Below, piece after piece: positions 49,216 to 64,000 of a stretch of DNA of 64,000 bases. Made by a program: the position numbers and the translations under genes. Source of the DNA: the human T2T-CHM13v2.0 reference genome, Homo sapiens. The stretch lies in assembly GCF_009914755.1 (NCBI RefSeq), contig NC_060932.1. One strand, given 5' to 3'. The notes beneath the pieces are model-generated. The model did no database searches. It worked only from the letters and a program-made list of their open reading frames with translations, and had not been told where the DNA came from. The stretch's first letter is position 1, and each line of letters begins with the position of its first letter.

Positions 49216-51470
49216 CCCCCCAGGCGGGGCCACCGGGGGTCCTCTCTCCGGGAAGCCAAGCATACGCCCGGAGCCTGCAAAGCCGGCGTGCCCCGGGCCT
49301 CCGTATGCCTTCCGTATTCTCTGACGATCGCGAGCAGGAAGGTGATTTGTCCCTAGTCACGAGGATGACTGGTCATAGCGTGCCGGGCATAGCGCTGGCA
49401 GGGCCGCCGGGAGCCAGCCCTCACTCAGCCAAGGTGAGACTTAGGGGGTCGGATTTTCGGGCAGCGTCAGTGCAGCTGCAGTGTGAGGGTCAGAGGAAAC
49501 CACTCTGCGGGCGCTGGTGGCTCGGTCCTACACACTCTGGGGAGGGGCTCCTTTGCCTGCTCAGTTGGGGAAGGGACAGACTCATAAACTCAAGTGCAGT
49601 GAGGTAAGCAGAAAAGGGGTACGGGGGTGTGGCCGAACTTAGGGATGTGAGCAGAGTTGGGTCGGGGACAGCCCTGTAGGCAGGGACCACTTTGGAAGGG
49701 GATGGTGGTGAACGCACACGATGCGGTAAGAGGCAGGCAGGGTAGGGCCGGTGATAAGTCAGGTGAGGGTGGTGAGTTGAGTTTAGAGCTGTTGGGTCTC
49801 AGTGCGATGACCATGGATGGAGATGTCCCGAAGACCTCGGGTCCCGGCGAGGCGAGGGCTGGAGATGCGTGTGGGAATCGTTGTTTGCGGCATGTTTCAT
49901 AGGTGGTACGTGTTTGTGACGTGGCTGCATGGACAGTCTGGGCACCCTAGGGTGCTGCCGTCAGCAGGATCTTCAGTGCTCAGTCTCAGGCTCTCAGGGT
50001 CCCCGTGAACAGGTGTCTCTGGTCTCTCTTTGATGTCAGAGTGGAATGACCTGAGGCTAAGGTGTTTTTGTTAACTTGAAACTGACGTGCAGGCCGCTGT
50101 GGCTTGTGGAGACCTGCACCTCGTCATTTCCCACTGGCTGGGGTTGATTGCTGACTGCTGAGGGACACCAGGGGGTCAGAGGTGGAGGCTGTGGGGCATG
50201 TGCTTGCCTGAGTTCGTGGCTGTCTCCTGTGTCAGGAAACAGGTGCTGGTGCTTAGTTTTCTTTCCCAGGGTCCACAGAGGCCCAGGAGAGAAGCCTGGT
50301 TGCTGCCCTCTGTCTCGTAGCCCCCCTTTCACAGAGCTGGGTTATTTGGGGTAGAGATCCTCTGTCTGTGCCGGTCCACCCAGCTTGGTTTCTTTGGGGT
50401 AGGAGCACCAGGAAAGGCTCCCGTGGCTCTTGGGAGCTCCTAGCCAGTGTGCAGAGAACATGGACTGCTGCCCATCATGAGAAATGTGCTTTCTTCACTG
50501 AGCTTGAGGGGCCACCTGGTTTTGGGGGTTTGCATGAGCACCAGTGACACAGCTTGGTGTGGCCTGTATTGAGGAACCATGTTCTCGGTGGACTGTGAGC
50601 AGTGGGCTGTGGGATTGCATTTCCCAGGGTCATCAGCCTTATTGGTGACTTTGGAAGTTGATTCTGTGGCTGCTGTGCTGGGAGAGAAGGTTCCTTGGAC
50701 CTGACGCGTGGGTGGGGCATTCTGTGACCTCCCAGTCTCCCTGCACACACCCAGCCCTGCAGGCTGGCTCACCACTGCTTCTGGGCTATTGATTCCTGTG
50801 GCCTGCACAGCCTCGCACACCCCCTCCTAACCCTTTTGGACCCAGTGCAGCACCTCTGTTGTGGGCACAGGTGTGGCAGCCATATACTTTTTGTGGCCGG
50901 AGGGCTTTCAAGACAGGAACTCTGGGCCTGGGATGGTGACTGGCGGGTGTTTACTAAATGTGGTTGAATTAAATGAAAAGGAAGCAGCTCTTTCATTCAC
51001 ACAGAAATGTGTGCTATGTAGGGAGAGAAGACCCTATCAACCCTGCCTGCCACCTTCTCCCATTCGTTTGCTTTTTGTTAATTTAACCAGAGCCCTGATT
51101 GGCATTTGTGTTTTTTTCTGACATCCCCATTATATACATGTGTGTGTACTAGTACGAGGGCATCTGTAGATAGATGTGGAAAAGTGGATGTTTAGCCACT
51201 GAGGCTTGTTGGGGCCGTTCTTCAGGTTCTGCTACTGGCACCAGCACCGAGTAGCCCCTGTCCTCAGCACGTCAGATGCTCTTGGTGTTCAACTGTGTGC
51301 TGGCCTCACTGCAAGCCTTTGACTGGTGACACTTTTTGCCATGTAGCCTACAAATAGAGGAGCTAGTCATCACTGATCGTCACCATTTGTAGGTGGTGGG
51401 ACAGGGCACAGGGATTTTCCATGCCTGCTCATGGCTTACTGGCTCTGCCACTGAGCCCTTATCCAGCCAC

Positions 51471-52600
<1,130 letters not shown>

Positions 52601-52777
52601 ACCGTGCTGCACTGCCGTCGGCTCTGGAAGGGTGGCTGAGTGTCTCTGTTCAACCTAGGGGCAGTCAGCACAGTCCCCATATGTCTGCCGGCGATCTCTC
52701 TCTCTTCTGAGAATTCTTGCACGTCCTTTGCTCTCTTTCCTGTTTATCTCAGGGATGTGCACAAGCTCCTTTGCATA

Positions 52778-53033
52778 CAGTAGTCCTTCCCTGTCCACAG
52801 GGATATGTCTCATACCTATATACCTATGATAAAGTTTAACTATAAATGAAGCACAATAAGAGGTTGACAGCAATGAATAATAAAATAGAACAGTTTATGA
52901 CAATACTCAAGACAGCCTGCAATTTAAAACATGAGTTCATTTCTGGAATTTTTCTATTTAATATTTTTGGACTATGTTTGATTGTGGGTAACTGAAACCA
53001 AGGAAAGTAAAACAGGATAAGAGGGGACTACTA
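52778..53033 (+). mobile_element. TcMar-Tigger MITE (MER44-like)
   Basis: Terminal inverted repeats CAGTAGTCC..TCC and GGATAAGAGGGGACTACT, preceded by TA; internal CATACCTATGATAAAGTTTAA. Confidence 0.65.
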
Positions 53034-53073
53034 TGTTAATATCAGGCAAGTCATTTTCTCATATATATTATGA

Positions 53074-60790
<7,717 letters not shown>

Positions 60791-61238
60791 CACGCCTGGT
60801 AATTTTTGATTGGATGCCAGGCGTTGCTTTTGCTTGGTGTTGCTGGATATTTTTGTGTTTCTGTTAGTATTCATGAGCTTTGTGCTGGGAGCTGGCTAAG
60901 TTACTAGGGAACAGTTTGATCTTGTCAGACCTTTCTTTTAGCTTTGTTAGGTGAGACCAGAATGACATTTAGTCTAGGACTGATTTGGTTGTTTACTGAG
61001 GTGGAATCCTGAGCTCTGCCTGGTGCCCCATGAGTCATGACGCTTTCCACACTTTCCACTCCGGCTGCTGGGAGCAGGCCCCATTCCTGGACCTGTGGAA
61101 GCCCTGGATGTTGCTTCTCCTAATCCCTTTGTGTGGCTCTTTCTGCAGCTTTGGACAGTTTGTTCTCCTACAAGGCATTTGTCTTAGTTTTCTAATGCTG
61201 ATGCAATGCATTATCACAAACTTAGTGCCTTAAGCAAC

Positions 61239-61600
61239 ACAAATTTATTACCATAAAGTTTTTGGAGTCAGAAGTCTACCAAGGGTCCCACCGGCTAGAA
61301 CCCAGGCACCAGACAAATTTATTACCATAAAGTTCTTGGAGTCAGAAGTCTACCAAGGGTCCCACCGGCTAGAACCCAGGCACCAGACAAATTTATTACC
61401 ATAAAGTTCTTGGAGTCAGAAGTCTACCAAGGGTCCCACTGGCTAGAACCCAGGCACCAGACAAATTTATTACCATAAAGTTCTTGGAGTCAGAAGTCTA
61501 CAAGGGTCCCACCGGCTAGAACCCAGGCACCAGACAAATTTATTACCATAAAGTTTTTGGAGTCAGAAGTCTACCAAGTCTCACCAGCCAGAACCCAGGC
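61239..61600 (+). repeat. 74-bp tandem repeat, about 5 copies
   Basis: Unit ACAAATTTATTACCATAAAGTTCTTGGAGTCAGAAGTCTACCAAGGGTCCCACCGGCTAGAACCCAGGCACCAG, with CAAATTT at 61240, 61314, 61388, 61462 and 61535. Confidence 0.95.
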
Positions 61601-61691
61601 GCCGGGGGCTGCTTCCCTTCCTGGTGCCCCTGGGAAGGATTGCTTCTGCTGTCTCAGGTTCCTGGCAGAATTTGGTTCTTTGCATCTGTAG

Positions 61692-61811
61692 GACGGAAGC
61701 TCCTGTTTTCTTGTCAGCCGCCAGCTGAGGGCCATTCGCAGCTTCTCCAGGCCACCTGCATTCCTTGTCTCAGAGCCTCCCTCCTGCATCCTCCAAGCCA
61801 GCAGTTGTGGG
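61692..61811 (+). other. MROH1: Candidate 120-nt non-coding (5'UTR) exon of MROH1 within the MLT1 LTR
   Basis: Acceptor TTCTTTGCATCTGTAG|GACGG and donor GTGGG|GTGAGT; no ATG inside. Confidence 0.55.
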
Positions 61812-62651
61812 GTGAGTCCTTCTCACACTTCAAATTTCTCCTCCCCGCTCTTCTGTCTCTTCTCTTTGACGCACCTGGGAAAGCTTCTGTGCTTTTAAGG
61901 ACTCATGTGATTAGTTTGGTCTCACCCAGGTAATCCAGGATAATCTCCCTGTCTCAGGGCCTGTACCCTTAATCTCATCTACTGAATCCCCTTTGCTGTG
62001 TAAGGGTTCATACACACAGGTTCTGGGGATTAGGGTGTGGGAAGCTTTGGGGCTATTATTCTGCTGACCAGTAACTTGCTGAGTGCCCAGGGAACCCGCT
62101 GCAGGTCTCTAAAGTTCTCTCTGGGCAGCGCTTTCTCTGGTATGAGAGACTGCAGACTCCGGCCGCCTTGGTATCGGCCGGCACTCCCCGTTCTGTCTCA
62201 TCAGCTTAGGTGTTTTGCTGGGCCCTAGGACTGGGTCCTCTCTCCAGGCAGTGAGCTGGGCTCTTAGGGCTCCGCCTCATTTCCTACCTCTCAGGCCGCA
62301 CAGTCCTTCATTTTCTGATGTCCATTGTCCTGAGAAACAGTGGTTTCTTGTGTCTCGTCCAGTTTTTTAGTTGTCCTGTGATTCTCGCCTGGGCCGGGAG
62401 CAGGCAAGTCCAAGTCCATGTGCCCATTTGTTTTGTTAGCTCCTGTTTGAGTTGGGTGAGCGTGGCTGCTGCACTGGAAGGGGTGCTGCACGGTCGTGGA
62501 CTGGCGTTGGTTCCGCCCGTTTCTTCCTGGACGACGGAGCTGGGCAGTGCTGGCTACCCGCAGGGCACAGCCTCTGGTCCCAGAGCCCGGCCACTCAGCC
62601 CAGCTTCTCCGCCTCCCAGCTCAGCTCAGGCCTGGGAACTCTGGCTTGTGA

Positions 62652-63745
<1,094 letters not shown>

Positions 63746-64000
63746 AGATTTCTATGATTTCTTACTTCGCCTCCAACCCATGTGTGCACAGCGCAGGGAG
63801 GTGTCCTGGCTGGTCAGGGATGGGTCATGGTGTCTCTCCTTCATTTTTCTCTGGAGTATGTTAGCAAGGAATGGTGGATGGGAGGTGATCAAGGGAATTA
63901 AGGGGCTGGTGGGAGACTCAGAGAACAGAGAATGTGAGTGTTAGGATGCTGGCTGCCATGCTTATGGTGGGCCTGCAGCCCCTCTGATGACGTAGGTCCT

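Larger units (their letters stand above)
47600..49450 (+). promoter_or_regulatory. MROH1: MROH1 CpG island and promoter
   Basis: Very CpG-dense. GC boxes at about 48540 and 48595, CCAAT at 48632-48636, and octamer-like TTGCAAAT at about 48581. Gene identity is inferred from the known order MAF1-WDR97-HGH1-TSSK5P-MROH1. Confidence 0.75.
61180..62070 (-). mobile_element. MaLR LTR (MLT1D/E-like) containing an internal tandem repeat
   Basis: The + strand reads TGTCTTAGTTTTCTA..CACAAACTTAGTG..AACACAAATTTATTA and ends GGGATTAGGGTGTGG..TATTATTCTGCTGACCA, the reverse complement of MLT1 termini. Confidence 0.7.

Noticed and set aside
47468-49607. Long Arg/Pro/Gly/Ala-rich ORFs on both strands (up to 357 aa)
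   Set aside because: Expected from stop-codon scarcity in a CpG island; no recognisable domain.

Overview
Primate (human-like) genomic DNA matching the distal chr8q24.3 gene cluster. In order: the full MAF1 coding region (+, reconstructed as 256 aa); WDR97/KIAA1875 (+, 24 coding exons, 1622 aa); about 27 kb of Alu/L1-dense intergenic DNA; HGH1 (+, 6 exons, 390 aa); the unitary kinase pseudogene TSSK5P (-); a solo HERV-K LTR5 with a TTAGG target-site duplication; then the CpG-island promoter, non-coding 5' exons and repeat-rich first intron of MROH1. The most unusual element is a 6.4 kb CpG-rich minisatellite (20397-26809, 30/29-bp units, about 215 copies). It appears to have been amplified from a segment of an old L1M 3' end, shows a 5-kb higher-order duplication, and has almost no stop codons in the three forward frames. 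A Kozak-perfect ATG opens a 1827-codon ORF into it. Two Alus about 97% identical, with shared private mutations, flank it. Gene names and repeat subfamilies come from recognition, not database searches. I see no evidence of a novel multi-gene system or a CRISPR array.
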